In this document: positions 7,672-20,044 of the stretch, one piece after another
Layout: every line of letters begins with the position of its first letter
Numbering within the stretch: the first letter of the stretch is position 1
Source of the DNA: an uncultured Acidobacteriota bacterium
GTDB taxonomy: Bacteria; Actinomycetota; Acidimicrobiia; Spongiisociales; ZC4RG35
Length of the DNA stretch: 64,000 nucleotides
Reading direction: 5' to 3'
Assembly: GCA_963724825.1 (NCBI GenBank)
Contig: CAVRWT010000005.1
Location: 84,403 to 148,402 of the forward strand
Notes under the pieces: model-generated
Seen by the model: the letters and a program-made list of their open reading frames with translations, nothing else
Told to the model about the DNA's origin: nothing
The model's database searches: none
Position numbers and translations under genes: made by a program

Positions 7672-9134
7672 GAGGCAACCTCCGTCAGACCCGGCGCCAC
7701 CTCGAAGCCGGCCAAGCGCTCGACCTCGGCGGCGACCCGGTACATGACCTCTTCGCCGAGTGGAGGGGCCATCACCTGGAATCCGATCGGCAGGCCCTGG
7801 CCATCCAGTGCAACGGGCACCGAGATCGCCGGGTGACCGGCCAGGTTGGAGGGGATGGTGCAGATGTCGGATAGGTACATGGCGAGCGGATTCTGAGTTC
7901 GCGCTCCGGCCTCGAATGCGACGGTGGGGCTCGTCGGCGAGACCAGCACATCGACACGCTCATAGGCGCTGGCGAAGTCGCCCTGGATGGCGGCGCGGAC
8001 TCGCTGAGCCTGCCCGTAGAAGGCGTCGTAGTACCCGGCGGAGAGGGCGTAGGTGCCGAGCAGGATCCGTCTGGTCACCTCGGGGCCGAAACCCTCAGCC
8101 CGACTCCGCGCCATCAGGCTCTCGGTCGTGCTCCCTGCTCCCCGGTGCCCGTAGCGAATGCCGTCGAATCTGGCGAGGTTGGCTGAGCATTCTGCCGGGG
8201 CAATGAGGTAGTAGGCGGAGAGGGCAATCTCGAACGACGGCAGTGAGACCTCGACCACCTCAACGCCGGAGCTCTCGAGCTGGGACACCATGCCCGCAAC
8301 GGCTGCCTCGACGGCTGGCTCGTAGCCCTCGCCTCCCAACTCCTTCACCACTCCGACCCGGAGGCCTTCGACCCCGCGGGCCAATCCGGCCTTCGGGTCG
8401 GGGTAAGGGCCCGAATACGAGGTGCCGTCCATCGGGTCGTGGCCCCAAATTGCCTCGAGGGTGATCGCCGAGTCCTCCACGGTTCGGGTGAGGGGCCCGA
8501 TCTGGTCCAGAGAGGAGGCGAAGGCGATCAACCCGTATCTGCTCACCGTCCCGTAAGTGGGCTTCATCCCGACCACGCCGCATAGGGAGGCCGGCTGGCG
8601 AATCGACCCACCGGTGTCCGACCCGAGCGCGGCGAGTGCCGAGCCGATAGCCACGGCGGCTGCCGAACCCCCTGACGAACCTCCGGCGACGCGGGCGGTA
8701 TCCCAGGGGTTGTAGGTAGGCCCGTATGCCGAGTTCTCGGTGGAAGAGCCCATGGCGAACTCGTCGAGATTGGTCTTGCCGACCACGACGGCGCCTCCGT
8801 CCCGGAGACGGGAGACGACGGTTGCGTCGTAGGGGGGTCGGTATCCGGCGAGGATCTGGGAGGCAGCCGTGGTCTCCACACCCCGGGTGCACATGTTGTC
8901 CTTGACGGCAACAGGGATCCCATGCAACGGGCCACGGTCGATCCCGTCGGCCAGGTCGGCGTCGGCCTGAGCCGCGGCCTCGAAGGCACGTTCCCGGTCG
9001 ATGGTGAGAAACGCGTGGAGCTGGGCCTCCGAGCTCCCGGCGCGCTCGAGGACGTGCTCCAACAGCCCGACCGCGGTGGCCTCACCAGACCTGAGCAGGC
9101 GACCCGACTCGGCCACCCCCGGGTTGACGGTCAC
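7668..9134 (-). CDS. gatA: Asp-tRNA(Asn)/Glu-tRNA(Gln) amidotransferase subunit A
   Basis: 488 aa. Amidase signature (GGSSGGSAAAVA) and GIPVAVKDNMCTRG. The stop overlaps the gatB start. Confidence 0.97.
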   Translation of the reverse strand: MTVNPGVAESGRLLRSGEATAVGLLEHVLERAGSSEAQLHAFLTIDRERAFEAAAQADADLADGIDRGPLHGIPVAVKDNMCTRGVETTAASQILAGYRPPYDATVVSRLRDGGAVVVGKTNLDEFAMGSSTENSAYGPTYNPWDTARVAGGSSGGSAAAVAIGSALAALGSDTGGSIRQPASLCGVVGMKPTYGTVSRYGLIAFASSLDQIGPLTRTVEDSAITLEAIWGHDPMDGTSYSGPYPDPKAGLARGVEGLRVGVVKELGGEGYEPAVEAAVAGMVSQLESSGVEVVEVSLPSFEIALSAYYLIAPAECSANLARFDGIRYGHRGAGSTTESLMARSRAEGFGPEVTRRILLGTYALSAGYYDAFYGQAQRVRAAIQGDFASAYERVDVLVSPTSPTVAFEAGARTQNPLAMYLSDICTIPSNLAGHPAISVPVALDGQGLPIGFQVMAPPLGEEVMYRVAAEVERLAGFEVAPGLTEVAS

Positions 9135-9421
9135 TCTCCCTCCATCGCGGGCGGGACCACGAAGTACCCGTCGGCAGTCTCCGGCGCGCTCGCCAGCACC
9201 TCGTCACGGTCCAAAGAGGGGAGCACCACGTCATCGCGGAAGATGTTGGACAGCCCGAGGGGGTGGGCATTCTCGGGGTTTGGGTCGGCGTCCAGAGACT
9301 GCACTCTGGCGGCATGGTCCAGGATCACGCTCAGCTGGCTCTTGTATGCCTCGAGCTCCTCGTCACTCAGGTCGAGGCGGGCCAGACGTGCGACATGGGC
9401 AATATCGATTTCGACTGGCAT
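9131..9421 (-). CDS. gatC: Asp-tRNA(Asn)/Glu-tRNA(Gln) amidotransferase subunit C
   Basis: 96 aa from MPVEIDIAHVARLARLDLSDEELE... (ATG 9419-9421). Overlaps the gatA start. The upstream part of track ORF 9131..9577 is not coding-like. Confidence 0.9.
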   Translation of the reverse strand: MPVEIDIAHVARLARLDLSDEELEAYKSQLSVILDHAARVQSLDADPNPENAHPLGLSNIFRDDVVLPSLDRDEVLASAPETADGYFVVPPAMEGE

Positions 9422-9431
9422 GGCCCCGAGT

Positions 9432-10453
9432 TTAGGAAGCCAAGACCGCCGCCAACGAGTCGTAAGCCCAGGTGAGGTCGTCGACCCGGACCGACTCCCC
9501 GGGCTTGTGGGCCAGTGCCGGCTCGCCGGGGCCGAAATTGACTGCCGGGATCCCGACCGCCGAGAGTTGGGCGACATCGGTCCAGCCTTGCTTGGCGGCG
9601 ACCGGCGAACCCGATACTTCGATCAAGCGTCGGAAAAGCGGGTGATCGATGCTGACCGCCCCCGCCGGGGCGGAGTCGGCAACCGAGAAGCGATCCGCAC
9701 CGGTGCACACCTCGCGAAGGTGGGCCAGCGCCTCCTCCATCGACCGATCCGGCGCGAATCGGTAGTTGACGTTCATCGTGAACAGTGACGGGATGATGTT
9801 CCGGGCCACGCCGCCTTGGGCCGTGGTGATGGAGATCACCTCCTTGAACTCGAGTCCGCCGACGATGTGCGGCTCAGGCTCCAATGAGCGCATCCGGGCC
9901 AAGAACTCCCCGCCCTTGGTGATGGCGTTGTCACCCAGCCACGGCCGCGCCGAGTGGGCGGCCTCGCCCTCGAACACCACTTCGGCGTTGATCACGCCCT
10001 GGCAACCCGCCTCGAGGCCCCGATCGGTCGGTTCCAGAACCACCGCCGCGGCCGCCCCGAGCAGCCATGGGGCGGCCTCGAGGATCATCCCGATCTGGTT
10101 CCCCGACAGCGGGCCTTCTTCGCCGGCGTAGAAGACACCGGCTACGTGCTCGGGACCCAGGGATTCGATCAGATGGATCATCACGGCGAGACCACTCTTC
10201 ATGTCGGTGGCGCCGAGCCCGTGAACTCGCCCGCCATCGACGGTGGCTCCGACGTGACCTTGAAGAGGAACTGTGTCGAGATGGCCGACCAGAAGGATCG
10301 CCTGCTCCCGGGGACCACCGACAACCAGTGAATCGCCGACGACTTGGGACGGCATCCCTGCAAGACGCTCCGCGATCGCGTCGCGAATCCGGGCTTCGTC
10401 CCCGGTGACGGAGGGGATGTCGATAAGCCAGGAAAGGGTTTCGACGAGGTCGG

Positions 10454-10457
<4 letters not shown>
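9432..10457 (-). CDS. dapE: Succinyl-diaminopimelate desuccinylase (M20 peptidase family)
   Basis: 341 aa. M20-type motifs (LVGHLDTVP, ATDMKSG, EEG). Overlaps the dapD stop. Confidence 0.85.
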
Positions 10458-11260
<803 letters not shown>

Positions 11261-11325
11261 ACCTCGATCACCTCACAACATGTCCCGGCGGCAGAGTACC
11301 GGCGCTTGGCTACGGTGCCCGTGGC

Positions 11326-11712
11326 ATGTACCGCTACATCTACCTCGGCCTGGGCTTGGTGGCGGTCGCCGCAATCGCGTTCGGCATCGTGTTCGCCACC
11401 GAGGGTGACGCCATAGAGCTGCCGGGGCCGGTCGAGTCGGTCTCCCCCGAGGACGGGAGCCTGAATCCTCCTCAGACCACCGTGATCATCGACCTGGAAG
11501 TTGGCTACGACGCCCAGATCTATGTCGACGACTGGCTGGTCACCGATGCCACTTTCGTCGAAGGCACCGGCGTCTATAGGTGGGCACCCAGCCCGTCGAA
11601 CCCAACCATCAACGAGTGGACTCCTGGCGAGCACACCGTCCGTGTGGTCTACGACACGGTCAATGGATTGCCTGACCCCGGCGACTTCTCCTGGTCGTTT
11701 CGGGTGGGCTGA
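11326..11712 (+). CDS. Hypothetical membrane-anchored protein
   Basis: 128 aa with an N-terminal TM helix (YIYLGLGLVAVAAIAFGIVFA), followed by a beta-rich ectodomain. No family recognised with confidence. Confidence 0.6.
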   Translation: MYRYIYLGLGLVAVAAIAFGIVFATEGDAIELPGPVESVSPEDGSLNPPQTTVIIDLEVGYDAQIYVDDWLVTDATFVEGTGVYRWAPSPSNPTINEWTPGEHTVRVVYDTVNGLPDPGDFSWSFRVG

Positions 11713-11721
11713 ACATCCAGT

Positions 11722-12579
11722 TCAGCCCACGTGGTCCCGCCAGGTGTGTGCCGGCTCGTAGCCGAGGACGCGCCGTGCCTTGTCGATGGAAAGCAGGGTC
11801 TCGTTACCGTGCAACACCCGGGTTACGGGGACGCCGGGGAATGCCTCGCTCACCAGCTCGGCGCTAGGCCGGGTCATGACTGTGTCGGCACTTGCGATGA
11901 TGAAGACATCCGTACCGGTGAAGTCGTGTTCCAACGCCAGCCGCACCGCCTGCGCTCCATCTCGAGCGTCGATATATCCCCAGAGGTTCCAGGAACGGAG
12001 AGTTCGATCCGAGTCGAACGACGGGAAGTTGGCGTAGTCATCGATTTCCATGACGTTGGAGAAGCGGAGCCCGATCATCTTCAGTTCCGGGTCCCAACGA
12101 CAAAACTGAGCAGCCATCTGCTCTTCCAGATGTTTGACGAGGGCATAGGTCGTCTCGGGCCGGGCCGGGTACTCCTCGTCGACGGGGACGTAGGGCGGTG
12201 GGTCGGCAAACGGGAGGCCCAGGGTGGTCTCACTCGACGCCCACACCACGTTCTTGATCCCGGCCACACGCGCTGCGTTGAACACGTTGTAGGTGCACAT
12301 CATGTTGTTGCCGAATGTCGCAGAGTTGGAGACGATGCCCGGCGCCGGTATGGCTGCCAGATGGACCACAGCGTTGACACCTGAGTATCTGTCGTCGACC
12401 CCGATCAGGGCCTCGAGTGTCTGACCTTGGTCGGTCAGGTCGACACGAGTGAAGGGGCACTTTGACTCCTTGGGTGGCGCGGCGTCGATGTTGATCACGT
12501 CGTAGCCGTGTTCCAAGAGTTCGTCGACGACAGCACGACCCAGTTTGCCGCTGCCCCCGGTCACGACAACCCGGTTCAC
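11722..12579 (-). CDS. NAD-dependent epimerase/dehydratase family protein
   Basis: 285 aa, GTG start. Rossmann motif VVVTGGSGKLG and SDR-type YxxxK context (YALVKHL). Confidence 0.85.
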   Translation of the reverse strand: MNRVVVTGGSGKLGRAVVDELLEHGYDVINIDAAPPKESKCPFTRVDLTDQGQTLEALIGVDDRYSGVNAVVHLAAIPAPGIVSNSATFGNNMMCTYNVFNAARVAGIKNVVWASSETTLGLPFADPPPYVPVDEEYPARPETTYALVKHLEEQMAAQFCRWDPELKMIGLRFSNVMEIDDYANFPSFDSDRTLRSWNLWGYIDARDGAQAVRLALEHDFTGTDVFIIASADTVMTRPSAELVSEAFPGVPVTRVLHGNETLLSIDKARRVLGYEPAHTWRDHVG

Positions 12580-12699
12580 ATCCGCACCAACAAGAGCGTC
12601 ACGACATCGAACCTAGCCATCGGTCAGAGCTTCTCACCGAGGGGCATAATCGCTGCCCAACCGACAAAGGAGTCAACCATCGCACGACTGGGTTCATCC

Positions 12700-13618
12700 A
12701 TGATCGAACTGGTGGGTGACACCCCGGTGGTGAAGCTGGCCAAGGTGGTGCCGGAAGGCGCCGCTGACATCTTCGTCAAGCTGGAGTGGTTCAACCCAAC
12801 CGGGTCCTACAAGGACCGCATGGCGTTGGCCATCATCGAGGAGGCCGAGCGACGGGGCGACCTGAAGCCGGGAATGACCGTCGTCGAATACACCGGGGGA
12901 AGCACCGGGTCCTCTCTGGCATTCGTCTGCGCCGCAAAGGGATATCGCTTCAAGGTTGTGTCCTCGGACGCCTTTTCCCACGAGAAGCTCAGAACGATGA
13001 GAGCGTTCGGAGCCGAGCTGACGATCGTTCCCAGCGAAGGCGGGGTGATCACACCCGATCTGGTTCCCCGCATGGTCGAGAGGGCCCGAGAGATTGCCCA
13101 AGAGCCGGGGACCTACTTCACCGATCAGTTCCGCAATCGCGACGCGATCGTCGGGCTACCGGCGCGCCGGAGAGGAATTGATGAGACAGGTCGGTCGCCC
13201 GATCGATGTCTTCTGCGCGGCTGCAGGCACCGCGGGCTTCTCCATGGGGGTGTCCACAGCCCTTGCATGAGAGCCGACACCGAGACCCGGGTGGTCCTTT
13301 TCGAACCGGCGAGCACCGCAGTGATCTCAGGCGGGGAGCTCCGGAGATCACCATGTCGAGGGAATCGGCGTCGGATTCATCCCGCCGTTGCTCGACAAGG
13401 CCCTCTACGACGAGGTGCGGGCCGTGGACGAGGCAGACGCCCGGGCAATGGCCAGAAGGCTTGCAGCCGAGGAAGGGCTCCTCACCGGGACCTCGAGCGG
13501 GCTGAATATCGCCGGAGCAGTCGCCATCGCCCAGGAACTAGGGCCGGGCCACACAGTGGCCACGGTCGCCGTCGACACCGGTCTCAAGTACCTGACCGGG
13601 GACCTGTTCGACGATTGA
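12700..13618 (+). pseudogene. Cysteine synthase-like PLP-dependent enzyme with at least 3 frame changes
   Basis: Homology runs through three frame changes. First frame: MIELVGDTPVVKL...NPTGSYKDRMA...FRNRDAIVG. Shifted by +1: YRRAGEELMRQVGRPIDVFCAAAGTAGFSMGVSTAL. Back to the first frame: ADTETRVVLFEPASTAVISGG. Shifted by +1 again: SSGDHHVEGIGVGFIPPLLDK...LTGTSSG... to the stop at 13618. Confidence 0.8.
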
Positions 13619-13628
13619 TCCCAGACGG

Positions 13629-14067
13629 TCAGACCCGCTCGACGATCACCACCGGGATCTCACGTTCGGTCTTCACCTGGTAGTTGTCGTAGTCGGGCCA
13701 TATCGCGGCCATGAGCTGCCAGAGCCGTGGCTTCTCCTCGGCAGTTGCGGTTCGGGCGCGGCCTTTGAATTTCTCTGCCTTCACCTGTAGCTCGACCTCG
13801 GGATCATCGACAAGGTTCAGATACCAGGCGGGGTTCTTGGCGGCACCGCCGACCGAGGCCACCAGCAGGTAGCGATCCCCGTCCATCGCCGAAGATCAGG
13901 GCGGTCCGGCGCAACTTGCCCGTCTTGCGGCCCCGGGTGGTGAGCAACAAGGTGGGCGCGCCGTTGCGCCATTCATAGCCTTTACGGCCGTCGGTCTCGA
14001 CGTACTCGTCGATGTGATTCGCAACCCAGCCTTTGGGGCTGTCGAAGACTTCTTCTTGTGATGCCAT
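13629..14067 (-). pseudogene. Nitroreductase-family deazaflavin (F420)-dependent oxidoreductase, frameshifted
   Basis: The N-terminal part (MASQEEVFDSPKGWVANHIDEYVETDG...LLLTTRGRKTGKLRRTALIFG; RBS GGAGGA before ATG 14067) and the C-terminal part (DGDRYLLVASVGGAAKNPAWYLNL...; ORF 13629..13886) are in different frames. Junction around 13887-13891. Confidence 0.75.
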
Positions 14068-14095
14068 TGTTCCTCCGGCTTTACTTCGCCAGGTC

Positions 14096-14519
14096 ATGGA
14101 AAAGACGAGCGCAGACCCAACGAGTTTCATCCAATCCTTGCCGACCGATGTGCGCACTGACATCGAAGCACTCGACGCCGTGATCAGCGAAGCGATGCGA
14201 GGTCACCCCAGAGTGATGTGGGAGGGCAAGTTCTGGGGCGGCACCGAGCAGAAGATCATCGGCTACGGCGACCTCACGGTACTCGCGTCCTGGCAAGGCG
14301 AAGGTGAACTGGTTCATTGTCGGGCTCGCCTCGCAAAAGGACTACATCAGCATCTACGTCAGCTCCGCCGATGAGCACGGCTACCTGGTCAAGAAATACC
14401 AGGACCGGCTGGGCAAGGTCAAGGTCGGAAGTGCGGTGATCAGTGTCAAGAAGGCCGACGACTTGGACCTGAGCGTGCTTCGAGAGCTGATTGCGGCTGC
14501 GGCTGACCTCGCGCCGTAG
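14096..14519 (+). pseudogene. DUF1801 (YdhG-like) domain-containing protein, frameshifted
   Basis: MEKTSADPTSFIQSLPTDVR...KIIGYGDLT is in one frame and YSRPGKAKVNWFIVGLASQKDYISIYV... is in the next. Junction at acGGtac, around 14277-14279. Confidence 0.7.
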
Positions 14520-14533
14520 GTGCCCGGATACCG

Positions 14534-17638
<3,105 letters not shown>

Positions 17639-17642
<4 letters not shown>

Positions 17643-18772
17643 CGGAGTTGGCCCACCAGAGTGGTCACGATCTCGACCGCCTCCTGGGCTTCCTCCATGG
17701 TGCTGGTCCAGCCAAAGCTGAAACGGATGCTCTCCCTGGCCTCGCCCGGCGTCAGCCCCATCGCCTCGAGGACATGGGAGACCTCGGAGGCGCCTGACTG
17801 GCATGCAGATCCTGCCGATGCGGCGACACCGACGAGATCCATGCGGACCAGCAGCGTTTCGTTTAGAACACCAGGGAATCTGACATTGAGATGGTGCGGA
17901 GAGCGCCCGGTTTCGGGGGTGTTGACCACCAGCCCTTCGATGCCTGCTGTCAGTCGCTTCTCGAAGTCGTCACGGATCTGGCCGACCCGGTGCCCGAAAT
18001 CCTCCCGATCAGCTGCGGCGAGGTCCATCGCCGTCGCCATCCCGACGGCCCGGCCCACGTCATGGGTCCCGGAGCGCCTTCCCAGCTCCTGGCCTCCGCC
18101 GTGCTGCACCGGTTCGAGGAGTGTGCCCTCTCGGACATACAAGATCCCCGCCCCCTTGGGGCCTCCGAACTTGTGGCCGGCCAGCGACATCAGATCCACA
18201 CCCAGCGTTCGAACATCGATCGGCTCGGAGCCGAAGGCCTGGACCGCGTCGGTGTGCACCAGGACCTCGGGGTCTTGGGCCTTGACCGCTCGCGTGATCG
18301 CAGCCAGGTCCTGGATGGCGCCGGTCTCGTTGTTGACCAGCATCGTCGACACGACCGCCGTCTCCCCGTCGATTGCCTCGAGCAAATGTTCGAGATCGAC
18401 ACGGCCCTCCCTGTCGACGCCGACCAACGTGACCGGCATCCCGAGACGCTTCACGAAATCGCTCGTCTCCAGAACCGCTTCGTGCTCGGTGGCCACTGTG
18501 ACCACCCCGCGACGCGGACTTTCGTTGAACACCGCGCCCTTGATGGCGAGATTGTCCGATTCGGTGCCACCGGAGGTGAAGACGATCTCGAGGGTGGCGG
18601 CGCCGATCTGAGCCGCGATCCGCTCCCGCGCCTCCTCGAGGGCGTCCTTGGCGCGACGGGACACGCCGTGGATACCGGAGGAGTTGCCGTATTCGACATC
18701 GGCGTAGGGCGCCATGGCGTCCCAGACTCCGGGGCGCATCGGCGTGGTTGCGGCGTGGTCGAGGTAGATCAC
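17639..18772 (-). CDS. Cysteine desulfurase (NifS/IscS family)
   Basis: 377 aa. MIYLDHAATTP..., PLP-Lys context (SLAGHKFGGPKG) and active-site SAGSACQSG. Confidence 0.93.
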
Positions 18773-18791
18773 AGCCCCAGATTCTCGCAGG

Positions 18792-19265
18792 ATGCAGGGC
18801 CTGTTCGAGTCAGAGATACCCTCGTCCCCCTTGTTGCACCAGCTAATCGTCGATATCCCGGCGCCACCGGATCGGGTCTGGGCCGAGCTCGCCGACCTCG
18901 GCTCGCATCATCAATGGATGGCAGATGCGGAAGAGATCCGATTCACCGATCAGCAACGCAGCGGATTGGGCACCCGGATGCTGGTCCCTACCCGGGTCGG
19001 GCCCTTTCGAACCACCGATTTGATGACGGTGACCGAATGGGATGAGGGTCGGGCGATGTCCGTCGAACACGTCGGCGCAGTATCCGGCTCCGGGCGGTTC
19101 GTTCTCGAGCCCAGTGGGGCTGGAACCCGGCTCACCTGGTCGGAACAGCTCCGATTCCCGTGGTGGCTGGGCGGTCCATTGGGGGCTTGGGTGGCAGGCC
19201 CGGTGCTGAAGCGGATCTGGAGGGGCAATCTGAGCCGTCTCGCGGCTCGCGTCAGCGGCCCTTGA
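18792..19265 (+). CDS. SRPBCC family protein (polyketide cyclase/dehydrase-like)
   Basis: 157 aa. IDIPAPPDRVWAELADLGSHHQWM... is typical of SRPBCC/START-like proteins. Confidence 0.75.
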   Translation: MQGLFESEIPSSPLLHQLIVDIPAPPDRVWAELADLGSHHQWMADAEEIRFTDQQRSGLGTRMLVPTRVGPFRTTDLMTVTEWDEGRAMSVEHVGAVSGSGRFVLEPSGAGTRLTWSEQLRFPWWLGGPLGAWVAGPVLKRIWRGNLSRLAARVSGP

Positions 19266-20019
19266 AGTCCGGAGCCCGCTTCTCGATAAAGGCGGCGACA
19301 CCCTCGCGGGCGTCGTCCGACCCGAAGGCGACCTGAAATGCATCGCGCTCGACCATGAGCCCCTCGTCCACCGGCGTCCCGAACCCACGATGCATCGCCT
19401 TCTTGGCGGCGGCGATGGCGCGGGTGGCCTTGGTTGCCCACTCGGCGGCGTCGGACAGAGCCAACTCCAGGACCTCACCGGAGGGGGCCACCTTGTCGGC
19501 GAGACCGATCGCCAGGGCTTCTTCAGCACCCACCTGACGCCCGCCTAGAACCATCTCCTTGGCGCGTTGGTAGCCGACGAGGCGACCCAGCCGCTGGGTC
19601 CCCCCCGCTCCGGGGATGATCCCGAGCAGGATCTCGGGCTGGCCGACGAGGGAGTCCTCGGCCAGGTATCGGAAGTCGGCGCCCATGGCCAGCTCCAGCC
19701 CGCCACCGAGGGCGTATCCGTGAATGGCGGCGATGGTGGGCTTCTCCAGGCTCTCCAGTGCGGCGATCGCCTCTTGAAGAGTCCAGGCGGTCCGCTCCTT
19801 GGTTCCGGCGTCGAAGGCTGCCTGGAATCCCTTGATGTCGGCCCCTGCCGCAAAATGGGGCTGGCCGGTGACTACGACGGCCCTGATCTCGGAGTTGGCG
19901 CACTCCTCGAAGGCCTGCTTGAGCTCGGTCGCCATCTGTTCGGAGAGGGCGTTCACCGGGGGCCGGTCGAGACGAACCAGTGCCACCGCGCCGTCAACGG
20001 TCACCTGCACGTGTTCCAT
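19252..20019 (-). CDS. Enoyl-CoA hydratase/isomerase family protein
   Basis: Starts at MEHVQVTVDGAVALVRLDRPPVNALS (ATG 20017-20019). Crotonase-fold motifs (FAAGADIKGF, GYALGGGLELAMGAD). Confidence 0.9.
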   Translation of the reverse strand: MEHVQVTVDGAVALVRLDRPPVNALSEQMATELKQAFEECANSEIRAVVVTGQPHFAAGADIKGFQAAFDAGTKERTAWTLQEAIAALESLEKPTIAAIHGYALGGGLELAMGADFRYLAEDSLVGQPEILLGIIPGAGGTQRLGRLVGYQRAKEMVLGGRQVGAEEALAIGLADKVAPSGEVLELALSDAAEWATKATRAIAAAKKAMHRGFGTPVDEGLMVERDAFQVAFGSDDAREGVAAFIEKRAPDFKGR

Positions 20020-20044
20020 GAAACGAGGGTAGACCGCCCCTACC

